The position numbers were made by a program, and so were the translations under genes. Positions 23,450-32,823 of a stretch of 51,722 bases of DNA are shown piece by piece; position 1 is the stretch's first letter, and each line of letters opens with the position of its first letter. The DNA is from a virus. The notes below the pieces were generated by a model. That model ran no database searches, was not told the origin of the DNA, and saw only the letters and a program-made list of their open reading frames with translations. The stretch lies in the IMG/VR virus record IMGVR_UViG_3300029728_000017; one strand, 5' to 3'.

Positions 23450-24023
23450 TTTGCACCTCCCACGCTGATGCGTACTCTGTCGGGCTGTACGCCGTATCTT
23501 GCAGGCACTTATACAGCACGCCGTCCAGCGTCATGTACTCGCCCTTCTTGTAGATATCGTGCGCTCCCGTGGGAGCCACAAAAGGCCGGGCCTGCTCCGG
23601 CGCGGTAGCGTGCAGCGGGCGGTGGAACGTGCCCCACGCCGTGCCGCCCGGCACGATATCCGGATACACGGCATTGTCGTAGCCCTGAATGCACTCCCAC
23701 ACCTGCCCGCGGGCGGTGTAGATGTCGCCCCTGCTGTGCGCTCCCGCTGCCCACTTGGGATACAGAGCACCGGCGGCCAGCCGGTCATTATCGGCCACCA
23801 CGAACCGCAGCACCGCCACCGCCGCCGTCTGCATGGCGGCGATCTCCTCGTCGGACGTCAGAAGTTCTTCACCATCCCGCCAGAACTTGCCATCCTGATA
23901 ACTGTCCCCGATGCCCACCGGGCGGTCATGGAGCGCTACTGCACCGGGGAAATCCCCGGCGTTGGTCTCCCACAGAGTAATGACGTTGGTCACGGCCTCT
24001 TCCGTGATAACTGCATATCTCAT
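23442..24023 (-). CDS. Tail-module protein with carbohydrate-binding-like repeats (tentative)
   Basis: ORF track, 193 aa. It has repeated segments of the G-x-Y-x-x-G-x-V-W-x-C-x-Q type (GDIYTARGQVWECIQ and GEYMTLDGVLYKCLQ). Confidence 0.55.
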   Translation of the reverse strand: MRYAVITEEAVTNVITLWETNAGDFPGAVALHDRPVGIGDSYQDGKFWRDGEELLTSDEEIAAMQTAAVAVLRFVVADNDRLAAGALYPKWAAGAHSRGDIYTARGQVWECIQGYDNAVYPDIVPGGTAWGTFHRPLHATAPEQARPFVAPTGAHDIYKKGEYMTLDGVLYKCLQDTAYSPTEYASAWEVQNA

Positions 24024-24754
24024 GCCGCCACCTCCTTGTGCTGCCGGATGACCACAATGCCGTCGGCAGGTTTAACGCTGGTGCTACCTCCATAATAACC
24101 GCCGTTGCCGGAGTTAGGTACGGTGGCTTTCAGGTTTCCGCCTCCGCCGGAAGCGTAAAGGTCGCCGTCCGCTTCGCCAAATTCGCGGGTGGTAGTACCC
24201 TGGCCCTTGCCGCCATTGCTGCTGAGGGAGCCGGAACCATTTGCTCCGTCGCCACCATCTATGCCACCACCACCACTAGCAGCAAAACCAGCGCCACCAG
24301 AGCCACCATTGGCACCATTCTTTACAGAGGTTTTGCTCCCCTTAACTGAACGTTCGCCGCCATTTGCTACTGCGGCGAACGCCGACGTTGTGCCACCCTT
24401 TGTGGCGGCAGTGCCGCTGTAGTTACCATTTGTGCCCGCCGCACCTATCACGAGGGGATAGGCGGTATTGGCCGCCAGCACCACAGACCGTACTGTGGTG
24501 GTGTAGCCTGCGCCACCAGCACCGCAGTAATCACTGCCACTACCACCACCGGCACCTAACAGAAATGCATCAATCACCATGTTTTTCAACGGCGTGAACG
24601 TGCCGCTGGACAGAAACTTGATGCGCCAGTTGCCACCGCCATCGTCCAGCGCCTGATATGTGCCGTCGCCGCCTGTCCAGTTGAAGTCCTCGCCGATGAT
24701 GGGCGCGGAAATGGCGCTGCCGCCCGTGGCGGGGCCTGTCATGTTAAGGATCAT
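24020..24754 (-). CDS. Glycine-rich tail fibre/tip protein
   Basis: Met 93 of ORF 24020..25030 is preceded by AGGAGG. Contains GAGGGSGSDYCGAGGAGY...GANGGSGGAGFAASGGGGIDGGDGANG. Confidence 0.7.
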   Translation of the reverse strand: MILNMTGPATGGSAISAPIIGEDFNWTGGDGTYQALDDGGGNWRIKFLSSGTFTPLKNMVIDAFLLGAGGGSGSDYCGAGGAGYTTTVRSVVLAANTAYPLVIGAAGTNGNYSGTAATKGGTTSAFAAVANGGERSVKGSKTSVKNGANGGSGGAGFAASGGGGIDGGDGANGSGSLSSNGGKGQGTTTREFGEADGDLYASGGGGNLKATVPNSGNGGYYGGSTSVKPADGIVVIRQHKEVAA

Positions 24755-24765
24755 GTGATCTCCTC

Positions 24766-25839
24766 CTAACCCAGAATAATAACGTTGGCGGTCACAGCTT
24801 CCTCCGGCACCGTCTCGCAGGTGAAGGTCAGCGCCCCCGTGCCCTGCGCCGTGCCGCGGATACCCGCCTGCGCGTAGGCCATGAAGCTGTCCGGAGCCGC
24901 GCTGACGATAATGTTGGCGCTGGCCGTCATGTCGCTGACGGGGACGGTCTGCTGCTTGGTATCCGCGTTCCAACCGGACGCCAGCAGGAGCACGGAACGA
25001 GGCTTGGGAGCGTCCGCCTTGGCGTTCCACACAGCTTTCTCCGCGTCGGACGTGTGCAGGCTGATGCTGTCAGCATGCGCGTTCAGCGCGGTTTGGATCG
25101 CGTCGGCGTAGGCGAAGATGTCACGCGCCTTTCCCTGCGGGTCGTAAACGGCTTGCGTCATATCGCCGGAGCCGTCGCCATCCCGGCCATTGTAGACCAT
25201 GAACGTCGTCGTGCTGCCGTCTGTCAGCGTAACGGTGTAGGTGTCGGTCGTGCCGGGCGCACCGGTTCCGCTCGTCCGGTTGATAGACTGGATAGAAGAG
25301 CCGTCATCGCCGTTCCAGATGGTTACATTTGTACTGTTTTGAGTCGGAGCGCTGCCGCTGTACGAATAGACCGTTTCGGTGATGGTCAGCGTCTTTCCGC
25401 CGCTGGGGTGCTCGTCGGTCGCCGCCGCGTCAGAGACCGCCACGCTGACATCGCTGCCGTGAACGCCGATATCTCCCTTGACGCCTTTGGCCCCGTCGTA
25501 CAACGTGAAAACGTGGTCTCCGTCCTTGTCGGTGATGGTGATAAGATAGGCGGCGGGGGTGGTAGGTGTGGCGGGTGCTTGCAGCACACTCACCGTCGGG
25601 CTGACGCCATCAGGCCCGCGCAGGCTGTTCGATGTCCACACCGCGCCGTCCGCGGCGGTGATCGTCATGGTGTCGTTGTCATTAAAGTCAATGTCCGCGA
25701 TGCCACCGTGGCCGTCCAGCCACGCCAGCAGCGTCCGTCCCGGCACCTTCTTGGCCGTTCCAGCCTGCTCCATGACTAGCAGGTCGGTAGCGCCGATGGT
25801 GGTAGCCTCCGGCAGCTGGCCGATAGATCTGTCAGCCAT
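24766..25839 (-). CDS. Tail fibre / baseplate upper protein-like
   Basis: ORF track, 357 aa. The N-terminal IGQLPEATTIGATDLLVMEQAGTAKKV is a common fibre N-terminus. Confidence 0.65.
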   Translation of the reverse strand: MADRSIGQLPEATTIGATDLLVMEQAGTAKKVPGRTLLAWLDGHGGIADIDFNDNDTMTITAADGAVWTSNSLRGPDGVSPTVSVLQAPATPTTPAAYLITITDKDGDHVFTLYDGAKGVKGDIGVHGSDVSVAVSDAAATDEHPSGGKTLTITETVYSYSGSAPTQNSTNVTIWNGDDGSSIQSINRTSGTGAPGTTDTYTVTLTDGSTTTFMVYNGRDGDGSGDMTQAVYDPQGKARDIFAYADAIQTALNAHADSISLHTSDAEKAVWNAKADAPKPRSVLLLASGWNADTKQQTVPVSDMTASANIIVSAAPDSFMAYAQAGIRGTAQGTGALTFTCETVPEEAVTANVIILG

Positions 25840-25996
25840 CTTCCGTCACCTCCGTCTCCTCCGTTGCTGTAGCCAGCAGCCTGTCCAGCGCTTGAATGCA
25901 CCCCAGCAGCAAGTCAAGATTGCCGCTGCCGTGTACCTCGATCCGATCCAGCGCCAGCCGGACGGACTGAATGGTGTTTCTTTCGGTTGTTTTCAT
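25832..25996 (-). CDS. Small hypothetical protein
   Basis: Met 11 of ORF 25832..26026 is preceded by AAGGAGGG. Confidence 0.55.
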   Translation of the reverse strand: MKTTERNTIQSVRLALDRIEVHGSGNLDLLLGCIQALDRLLATATEETEVTEDG

Positions 25997-26006
25997 TGAG
26001 CCCTCC

Positions 26007-26795
26007 TTATGTGGCCGCCAGTACACGCTTTGACGTGGTGACGCCGTCCTCGTTTTTGTAGCGGATGACCGTGCCTACATACTGTGCGCCGTTGACGTAG
26101 AGGCTTGGAGTAGAGATTAACCCCGTGTAGGTCTCGCCTGAAAATAGCTTGCTGATGTTGGCCACCTTCGCCGACAATGAAGCCACGCTCGCCTTCGTCG
26201 CGTAGACCTCACCGAAATTAGCGATGTCTGCGGATATCGATGAGATCGCGCGGGCGTTGGTGGCGATGTCGCCCGCATTTGTCTCGATATCGCTGGTATT
26301 GGTAGCAATGTCCGCCGTGTTCTGCGCCGTCTGCTTCTTCTGCCGCACGGCGTCCCGCTCCTGCGCGGACAGGTACGGATACTCGTTGTCGATCTCCTCC
26401 TCCGCCGGAGCGCTCACCGTCGCCCGGAACAGCCGGGAAAACGTGGTCGTCTTGGCGTGTATCCCGCCGTAGATGCCGCCCACGGTCACGCCGTCGCCCA
26501 GCTCCGCCGCCGGGTCTAAAAGAGCGTCAGCGGCCTCGTAGGGCTGATAGCGGTAGTTCTTAACCGCCGCCAGAATATTCGCCGCCAGCGTGTCGCCCTT
26601 GATGCTGGGCAGCAGCGGCACATTGACCGTCAGCTCCCGTCCCGTATTGTCGCCGGACGTGTAGCTGTTGGTGCCGTCCGTCACCGTTACCTTGCTGTAG
26701 GGCTGCAGCTTGTCCGCCTCTGTCAGACTGGACGCACTGTTTCCTACAAAAATTTTACCCGACAAGAATCCTGTCACCTCCAAACGTGATGGCAT
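26007..26795 (-). CDS. Tail/baseplate protein with a coiled-coil C-terminal part
   Basis: ORF track, 262 aa. Contains the repetitive segment NTADIATNTSDIETNAGDIATNARAISSISADIANF. Confidence 0.65.
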   Translation of the reverse strand: MPSRLEVTGFLSGKIFVGNSASSLTEADKLQPYSKVTVTDGTNSYTSGDNTGRELTVNVPLLPSIKGDTLAANILAAVKNYRYQPYEAADALLDPAAELGDGVTVGGIYGGIHAKTTTFSRLFRATVSAPAEEEIDNEYPYLSAQERDAVRQKKQTAQNTADIATNTSDIETNAGDIATNARAISSISADIANFGEVYATKASVASLSAKVANISKLFSGETYTGLISTPSLYVNGAQYVGTVIRYKNEDGVTTSKRVLAAT

Positions 26796-27468
26796 TGCCG
26801 CCGTTGTCCACCAGATAATTGGTCTCCTTCGGCAGACTGTTCAGCAGCACCAGCCGCAGCTTGCCCACCGGCGTCATGCACCAGTTGCCGCCGTACCACC
26901 CGGCGATCGCCTGTAGCAGCTCCCGGCAGGTGTAGTTTCTGGGCTTTGTCACCTTGTATTTCTTGCCGCTGGCGGAAAAGAAGCTGTCCGTCTCGCTGTC
27001 CAGCGTGATCCCGACCTGGGTACAGACCCGGTTGACGATGGTGATATCCGTCACGCCGCCGGTGCCCACGCTGCCGGTATACCACTGCTCCGTGGCCAGC
27101 ATCTTGTCATAGCCGTGCAGCGTCAGCACGCCGGTCTGCTTGTTGTAGCTCCGCTTGTCCACGTTGTAGACCCCCTGAGCCACCCATTCGCTGGGCTCGC
27201 CGGAATCGCCCACAAGCCGCACCTGCGGCCTTAATTCAGCCATTCTGGCCACGCTGGAGGAGAGCACCCCCAGCAGCTGCACGGATATCTCCCCGGCCAC
27301 CGCCCCGCCCACAGTGGGGATATCCCCCTGGAATAGAGAGTTCTTCGTTTGAAGAGACCCCTCCATAATCTTTTCTTCGCCGTAGACTACATTGTCAATG
27401 TAAAGTTGCGTCTGCATCCGGTGGGTGCTTGCCAGCAGTTCCTGATATCTTGCGTTCGTGCTCTGCAT
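26755..27468 (-). CDS. Tail-associated (Tal-like N-terminal) protein
   Basis: ORF track, 237 aa. It is the second gene after the tape measure. Confidence 0.6.
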   Translation of the reverse strand: MQSTNARYQELLASTHRMQTQLYIDNVVYGEEKIMEGSLQTKNSLFQGDIPTVGGAVAGEISVQLLGVLSSSVARMAELRPQVRLVGDSGEPSEWVAQGVYNVDKRSYNKQTGVLTLHGYDKMLATEQWYTGSVGTGGVTDITIVNRVCTQVGITLDSETDSFFSASGKKYKVTKPRNYTCRELLQAIAGWYGGNWCMTPVGKLRLVLLNSLPKETNYLVDNGGNAITFGGDRILVG

Positions 27469-27478
27469 TTCGCCCTCC

Positions 27479-27874
27479 TTACTGCTCTACCAGCGGGAAC
27501 GAAATGCCAGACCACAGCGATTCTCCTGTTTTTGGGTCTACCGTCGTCACCGTGGCAGGCACGTTGTTGGAATAAAACTGCGCCACAACCGTCTCGTACA
27601 ACGGATGCAGATTGGTTTCCACTGTGACAAATTCCGGAAGAATTAATTTCATCAGCATCATCAATTCATTCCGGTATAGATCCATGCAGCGAATGTTGAC
27701 CTTGTACTTGATTGCAACGCGACCGCGGTGCATGGTGCCGTCCATGGTTCTCCCTGCTTCTGAATTGTCAAGGTCGTTGCGGGACCATTCCATACCTTCT
27801 TCTCGCACGAAACGGAGAATGTCCGTACCATTGATCTTGAAATACGGTGCGCTCACAGGCTTCCACCTCCCCAC
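27479..27874 (-). CDS. Distal tail protein-like
   Basis: ORF track, 131 aa, immediately downstream of the tape measure gene. Confidence 0.55.
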   Translation of the reverse strand: MGRWKPVSAPYFKINGTDILRFVREEGMEWSRNDLDNSEAGRTMDGTMHRGRVAIKYKVNIRCMDLYRNELMMLMKLILPEFVTVETNLHPLYETVVAQFYSNNVPATVTTVDPKTGESLWSGISFPLVEQ

Positions 27875-29955
27875 GATCTCTGGTTTTGCCGCTGCTGCCG
27901 CGTGATCTCTGGCGTCAGCACTCTTGCCAACTGAGCCAACTCTCCGGTAAACCGGATCACAATGTCGCCGCCGGAATTGCCGCTCTCCTCGCGGAATATC
28001 TGCCGGATCAGGTCAGCGGGTGCTTCAATGTTGGTGCCTCGTTTCTGGTCGCCCAGCACCGCGAGAAATTCCCGGTTGGCCGGTATAACGGCGCCCTGTG
28101 CCAGGGCGGGCACTTGCACGGCCCGCAACGCAGGCATAGTTTGCTTCTTGTATCCACCGATACCACCGGAGCCAAGATTATTTCGTGAGGCAAACGTGCC
28201 TTTACCGCCGCTCAGAAAATTCAGTACGCTGCTAAAAGCGTTGGTGATCCATTTCACCGCGTTTGTCACCCAAGTAACTACGACTTTCCACTTGTTGATT
28301 AGCCCCGCCAAAAGGCCACCGATTATTTTTAAGCCCAGCTGCGCCCACCAGTGTTCAGACACAAACTTTTTTACCTTTGTGTTCCACCAGTTTTTGATGC
28401 TTTCCCAGCATCCAACCAACTTTTCTTTTAAAAAGTTCCAGTTGGGTGCGATGGCCGCTGCCAAGCCTGTTGCGCCAATCAGAATTAAGCCTAGTCCAAG
28501 CGGAACGCCAACGCCGGTAAATAAAAGAACAATGCCAAGCACTAACAGCGCCGCGCCCAGCAAGCCAACAACCAATCCAAGCGGCCCTTGCAGTGCTTCC
28601 ACAATGTAGTTCCAGTTGGCCGCCACAGCAGATGCGAGGCCGATAGCTCCCATAATTAACAGTCCCAAGCCAAGCGGAATATTTGCGCCAGAAAAGATCA
28701 GGATAGCGCCAATTACCAGAGCCGCCACACTAAGAATGGAAACGGCCCAGCCAAGCGGCCCCTGCAGCATTTCTTTTATCGCGTCCCAGTTTTCAGAAAT
28801 AGCGTCCCAGATTGCAATAGCGCCCAACACCATCAATGCAATACCCAGCGGAATATTTGCGCCGGAGAAGGTCAGAACAGCGCCCAGCGCCAGCAGCGCC
28901 GCGCCGGTGAACAGTTCCAGAATGGCGCTTAAACTGTCGTCGATCATGCTGGTAAAGTCCGGCGCGATGCCTCCGCTGGTATCAAACCCGCCGCTGCCGC
29001 TTGCCGAAGAATTGTCCTGGCTGTCCATCACGTTCAGCTCGTCAAACCCCGCCAAGTACTTACTGGCTTCTTTCGCCGCTTCTCCTACGCCGTCAATCGC
29101 GTCCTTCTGCTTGTTCAGCGCTTTCGCGCCAGCCGCCGATTTCTGGATCGTGGTGCCAAACAACATGGAGATCAGCTTTGCGACCGCCGTCACAATGCGG
29201 GTGATCACATTGATCAGCACCGTAAACGCCGGGATCACCACCTCCACAATAGGCTGCGCCAGCGTCATCAACGCGCCTTTCAGCCGCGCGATGGCAGCCA
29301 CAGCCTCGTCGTTTTGCTGAATGGCTTCCCACAAATAGTTTTTCAGTGCCCGTAGTCCCACTGTGATCAGCGAAAACACCAGCACACGTTTTGCCAAAGT
29401 TTTTACGTGCTGACTGAATTTGTCCATGCGCTTTGCCGCTTCCTCTGCCGCCGCGCTCATACCGACTGTTTGGTCTTTTGCACCGGCCAGCCTTGCAGCA
29501 AGGTCACCCGCGGCACCTTTTGCGCTGTTCAGCGCCGCTGTTTGATCTTCAATCTTTTTTGTTACGCGGTCATACTGCTTTCCCAGAGATTCGATTTCTC
29601 TATCCTGATTTTTAAGCAAATCCTGCTGCCCTTTCAGGTCTGCAATAAGCTGCCCTTGACGATCTTCCGCCTGTTGCCATTCCGCATCAGAAAGTGTAAT
29701 CTTCCCGCTGGCAATATCTTCGTTAAGTGCTAACTCAGATTTAAGTGCATCCATAATGCGCGTGATTTCTTGCTCGGTTTGTTTGGCAGCACCTTTGGCA
29801 TCGTCCAGTTGTTTTTCAATGGCGCTTTTCTTCCCGGTACTTTCGCTAAGTTCTGATTCTATTTTTTGGATTTTTTCTTCCAGCTTTTTTAAGTCCGCCT
29901 GTGCTTTCTTGTCGTCAATTTCCGTGCTGAACACAATAGACCCGTCAGCCGCCAT
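27853..29955 (-). CDS. Tape measure protein
   Basis: ORF track, 700 aa. It has an N-terminal coiled coil, hydrophobic Gly/Ala/Leu repeat blocks, and sits after the chaperone genes. Confidence 0.9.
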   Translation of the reverse strand: MAADGSIVFSTEIDDKKAQADLKKLEEKIQKIESELSESTGKKSAIEKQLDDAKGAAKQTEQEITRIMDALKSELALNEDIASGKITLSDAEWQQAEDRQGQLIADLKGQQDLLKNQDREIESLGKQYDRVTKKIEDQTAALNSAKGAAGDLAARLAGAKDQTVGMSAAAEEAAKRMDKFSQHVKTLAKRVLVFSLITVGLRALKNYLWEAIQQNDEAVAAIARLKGALMTLAQPIVEVVIPAFTVLINVITRIVTAVAKLISMLFGTTIQKSAAGAKALNKQKDAIDGVGEAAKEASKYLAGFDELNVMDSQDNSSASGSGGFDTSGGIAPDFTSMIDDSLSAILELFTGAALLALGAVLTFSGANIPLGIALMVLGAIAIWDAISENWDAIKEMLQGPLGWAVSILSVAALVIGAILIFSGANIPLGLGLLIMGAIGLASAVAANWNYIVEALQGPLGLVVGLLGAALLVLGIVLLFTGVGVPLGLGLILIGATGLAAAIAPNWNFLKEKLVGCWESIKNWWNTKVKKFVSEHWWAQLGLKIIGGLLAGLINKWKVVVTWVTNAVKWITNAFSSVLNFLSGGKGTFASRNNLGSGGIGGYKKQTMPALRAVQVPALAQGAVIPANREFLAVLGDQKRGTNIEAPADLIRQIFREESGNSGGDIVIRFTGELAQLARVLTPEITRQQRQNQRSWGGGSL
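28417..28863 (-). repeat. About 2.5 tandem copies of a 58-aa (174-bp) hydrophobic unit inside the tape measure gene
   Basis: The units are GANIPLGIALMVLGAIAIWDAISENWDAIKEMLQGPLG..., GANIPLGLGLLIMGAIGLASAVAANWNYIVEALQGPLG... and GVGVPLGLGLILIGATGLAAAIAPNWNFLKEKL. Confidence 0.7.
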
Positions 29956-29982
29956 ATACTCACCACGCTTTCACTGTTTTTG

Positions 29983-30011
29983 TGGACATTTGATAAACTA
30001 TGTGCTATAAT
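29983..30011 (+). promoter_or_regulatory. Promoter of the PH-domain moron
   Basis: TGGACA (29983-29988), a 17-bp spacer, then the extended -10 TGcTATAAT (30003-30011). GGAGGTG follows 6 nt before the ATG at 30033. Confidence 0.6.
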
Positions 30012-30032
30012 TTGCACATGGAGGTGTGAGAA

Positions 30033-30416
30033 ATGATAAATTTTAACAAAAATTCTGTTTGGAATCTTCGCCCGATAAATGTCAATGAGGTTCGAAATGA
30101 GCTTTACGGTCTGCTTTTGAACGACGAAGTGATTTTGTCGGCATTTAAAACCATCCGCGACCAACTTGTTTTTACAAACAAGCGCATTGTCGCAATCGAC
30201 GTGCAGGGAATCACCGGATCAAAGCGCTCTTTTTCCTCCCTGCCTTACTCCAAAGTTCAGTTTTTTGCCATCCAAACACCAAGCGTTATGGAAATGGTCA
30301 AGGATTCCGAGTTGTACCTTGAATTCTCAAGCGGCTTTTCTGCCACATTTGAGTTTAAAGGCGATGTAGACATTGGTCAAATCGGAAGAATGGTCTCCAA
30401 GTACGTCATTTCTTGA
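30033..30416 (+). CDS. Bacterial PH-domain (YokE-like) protein, an opposite-strand moron
   Basis: ORF track, 127 aa. LLLNDEVILSAFKTIRDQLVFTNKRIVAIDVQGITGSKRSFSSLPYSKV matches the bPH pattern. It is AT-rich relative to its flanks. Confidence 0.7.
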   Translation: MINFNKNSVWNLRPINVNEVRNELYGLLLNDEVILSAFKTIRDQLVFTNKRIVAIDVQGITGSKRSFSSLPYSKVQFFAIQTPSVMEMVKDSELYLEFSSGFSATFEFKGDVDIGQIGRMVSKYVIS

Positions 30417-30419
30417 GCC

Positions 30420-30446
30420 AGCCGCCCCAAAATGGGGCGGCTTTTT
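30420..30446 (+). terminator. Intrinsic terminator of the moron
   Basis: AGCCGCCCC-aaaat-GGGGCGGCT followed by TTTT, abutting the stop codon of the convergent gene at 30446. Confidence 0.75.
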
Positions 30447-30994
30447 CACACCCACTCCCGTATCTTGTCAGTCTCCCACTCGGTGTATCTCTGCTTCAGG
30501 TCAACAAGATTTCGGTTGTTTCGGTAGAAATCTCTCTCGCTTTTGTCCAGAGATTTGCCGTTGGCAAGCTTCTGCCGGATGCCCACGATCTGGGCAAACA
30601 GACAATCGCCGATCTCCTGATATGCCCCGATGAACGTCCACCAATGCAGATAATCCAGCAATCGAACTTCCGTTCCTATCACGCGATTCACCGGCGCCAC
30701 GATCACGGGAAAGTCCTGCTGCCAGTCCACCAGCTTTTTGGGTTTCTTCCCGGCATCGTTTTCCTGTCCGCAGTTGATGAACCACATGCACTTTGCAATG
30801 GCTTCTTCGTAGTCATCGGATGGCATGTCCTCAAAGCCGGGATAGAAAATATCCAGCACAACCGCCGCCCGCTCCTGGTCGTCCAGCTCCACGTCGTTAA
30901 TGGCTTCCAGGATATCCAGAATGGCACGGAAATCCGACCGCACCTCGTACTCCTGCCCGTTGATCTCAACGGATGTCGGCAGCGTGTACGTCAT
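30446..30994 (-). CDS. Gp15-like tail assembly protein (T part of a possible G/GT pair)
   Basis: ATGA-coupled Met 56 of ORF 30446..31159. MTYTLPTSVEINGQEYEVRSDFRAILDILEAI resembles the phage Gp15 family. Confidence 0.65.
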   Translation of the reverse strand: MTYTLPTSVEINGQEYEVRSDFRAILDILEAINDVELDDQERAAVVLDIFYPGFEDMPSDDYEEAIAKCMWFINCGQENDAGKKPKKLVDWQQDFPVIVAPVNRVIGTEVRLLDYLHWWTFIGAYQEIGDCLFAQIVGIRQKLANGKSLDKSERDFYRNNRNLVDLKQRYTEWETDKIREWV

Positions 30995-31410
30995 TTGTGG
31001 TACTTCTTGGTGTACTTGGCGATGCGGGGGTTCATGGCTTTCTTCTCTCGCATAACCGTCTCGTCCATTTCGTCCATGATCGCCAACAGCAGGTTGGCCC
31101 AAAGGGGCAAACCCTCCGCCAGCGCATACACATTCAGCTCTCCGAAAAGGCCGTTGCACACATCGAACTCAAAAACGTCGTTGATGATATCCCGCATTTC
31201 GCCGTCCAGCTTTCGCACCACGTCAAAAAGCTCTCTCTTGCCCTCAGCTTTTCCAACCTCAGCTTTGTAGGATTCCTGACGCTTGTCCAGCGTATCAAAC
31301 GCGTTGAAAAGCTTTTCACCAAACGCAGCATCTGTGGGGTTGAAAGAGACTTCAACGGAATCGTTCAGCTTATAGGTCTCAACGCCGGTTGCGATTTTCA
31401 GTTCCTTCAT
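30991..31410 (-). CDS. Tail assembly chaperone (G-like)
   Basis: ORF track, 139 aa, lying between the major tail and tape measure genes. Confidence 0.65.
   Translation of the reverse strand: MKELKIATGVETYKLNDSVEVSFNPTDAAFGEKLFNAFDTLDKRQESYKAEVGKAEGKRELFDVVRKLDGEMRDIINDVFEFDVCNGLFGELNVYALAEGLPLWANLLLAIMDEMDETVMREKKAMNPRIAKYTKKYHK
31108..31114 (-). promoter_or_regulatory. Candidate -1 programmed frameshift heptamer G GGT TTG
   Basis: In the zero frame of 30991..31410 (codons E99-G100-L101). The -1 frame is open from 31159 through the whole Gp15-like gene. Confidence 0.4.
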
Positions 31411-31432
31411 TTTTCGCGCCTCCTTCGGTCAG

Positions 31433-31960
31433 TTACTCCGAATCCGCCGTGAACGTCAACACACCGGCAGTCACGGAAGCGGTGCCGGTGGTGCGAGTGC
31501 CGCCGTAAGTCACGTCAATGGGCATGCCCACAAAGCCGCCGCCCTCGCCGCCGAGACTGGAGGGCTTCACCATTGCACCTTCGTAGCGCTCGGCAAACAC
31601 AGCCGTCTTTGCGGTGCCCGCGTAGTGGTGGACGATCAGCACGTCTTGATTGGCCAGTGCCGCCGCATCCTGCTTCTTTACGGCCAACTCCCAAATCTTC
31701 GTCAGCGCCTTGTCGCCGCTGTCCAAGTAGCAGGGGTCAAAGGTCTGCGTGACAATGGGCTTCTTCATGGTGGTGCGGGTGGTGCCCAGGATGTCCTTTT
31801 CAGAACTCTCCTGCCAGTCATATTCCATGCTGGAATCCGCCACGCGGGTGCCAAAGGCAGACCACTCCGGGGAAGCGCTGGTGCCGGTGTTTAAGTACGC
31901 GATCAGAAGCTCACGGTCAATGGTCTGGCCCGCTGTCGTGTTAAAAATGTTATCAGGCAT
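31433..31960 (-). CDS. Major tail protein
   Basis: ORF track, 175 aa. The call rests on position and a phi13-like N-terminus, with no sheath gene present. Confidence 0.75.
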   Translation of the reverse strand: MPDNIFNTTAGQTIDRELLIAYLNTGTSASPEWSAFGTRVADSSMEYDWQESSEKDILGTTRTTMKKPIVTQTFDPCYLDSGDKALTKIWELAVKKQDAAALANQDVLIVHHYAGTAKTAVFAERYEGAMVKPSSLGGEGGGFVGMPIDVTYGGTRTTGTASVTAGVLTFTADSE

Positions 31961-32414
31961 TTGTTATCACCTCGTAAGTCATTTTCATGAGGATCTGATG
32001 ATCCTCGTCGCCGTTGTCGTATGCGCCGAACAATGCGGAGCGCGTGGTGGCTTCCACGCGAACCACCCGTGCGTCGTCCCCGATGTCCGGCCCGCCGTCT
32101 GCCGCCCAATCTGCCAGACTGTCCAACAGTTCGTCGGCTTTCAGGCGCTTGTCGTTGCTGTTGCCCGGCTTTAGCCGGTAGATCACCTTGAACTGGTACT
32201 CCGCTTGATGGCCGCCCAAAATGTAACGCCGTGTAATGTATGTCCCCTGAATGGTCGAAAGCGCCATTGCGCCCTCGCTGTCAGCGGGAAGAAACTCATA
32301 CCGGATCACATCCACCGGCTTATCCGGCCATGTGTTCAGCCATACCAGCATCGCGCGGGAGATTTTGTCCTCCTCTGCCGCCGAAACTAGTTTCTTCGGC
32401 TTGTCATTTGCCAT
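31953..32414 (-). CDS. Tail completion / tail terminator-like protein
   Basis: ORF track, 153 aa. Called from position in the connector block. Confidence 0.55.
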   Translation of the reverse strand: MANDKPKKLVSAAEEDKISRAMLVWLNTWPDKPVDVIRYEFLPADSEGAMALSTIQGTYITRRYILGGHQAEYQFKVIYRLKPGNSNDKRLKADELLDSLADWAADGGPDIGDDARVVRVEATTRSALFGAYDNGDEDHQILMKMTYEVITNA

Positions 32415-32823
32415 ATTTCGCCACCGCCTTTTGCGCTACGCGCACCCATTTTTCAATGTTCTGCGCCTTGGATGCCTCGCACCAATGCGCCTGCGCGTTT
32501 GGGTGCATGGCTTGTGAAAATACCAGATTTCGGTCTGTCAGAACCTTCGTCGCGCCTTTCTTGGCCCACGGGCTTCCCGTATCGGGATCGACCATCAACT
32601 TTCCGTAATAAAGGTATCTGGCGTAAGGCCCCGGATACACCACCGTTTTCCCGATGGCCCGTGTCCTCTGGGTCAGGGAGCCGGTCAGCGCCGGAACGTA
32701 CGGCACCGTGTCGGCTTCCACCTGAATAGCAAGAACGTGTTCGGCCTTATCACAGGCAAGCGCCAGCTGCCGCCGCACATCGTCCATGCCCTCGGTGTGT
32801 ACGCTGAATTTCAGCCCCATCAC
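32404..32823 (-). CDS. Head-tail joining protein (minor capsid protein 2 / HK97 gp10-like)
   Basis: ORF track, 139 aa. Contains VPYVPALTGSLTQRT...YARYLYYGK. Confidence 0.6.
   Translation of the reverse strand: MMGLKFSVHTEGMDDVRRQLALACDKAEHVLAIQVEADTVPYVPALTGSLTQRTRAIGKTVVYPGPYARYLYYGKLMVDPDTGSPWAKKGATKVLTDRNLVFSQAMHPNAQAHWCEASKAQNIEKWVRVAQKAVAKYGK

Noticed and set aside
21021-25839. A diversity-generating retroelement acting on the tail fibre genes
   Set aside because: No reverse transcriptase gene is present anywhere in the genome. I saw no template/variable repeat pair with adenine-specific differences.
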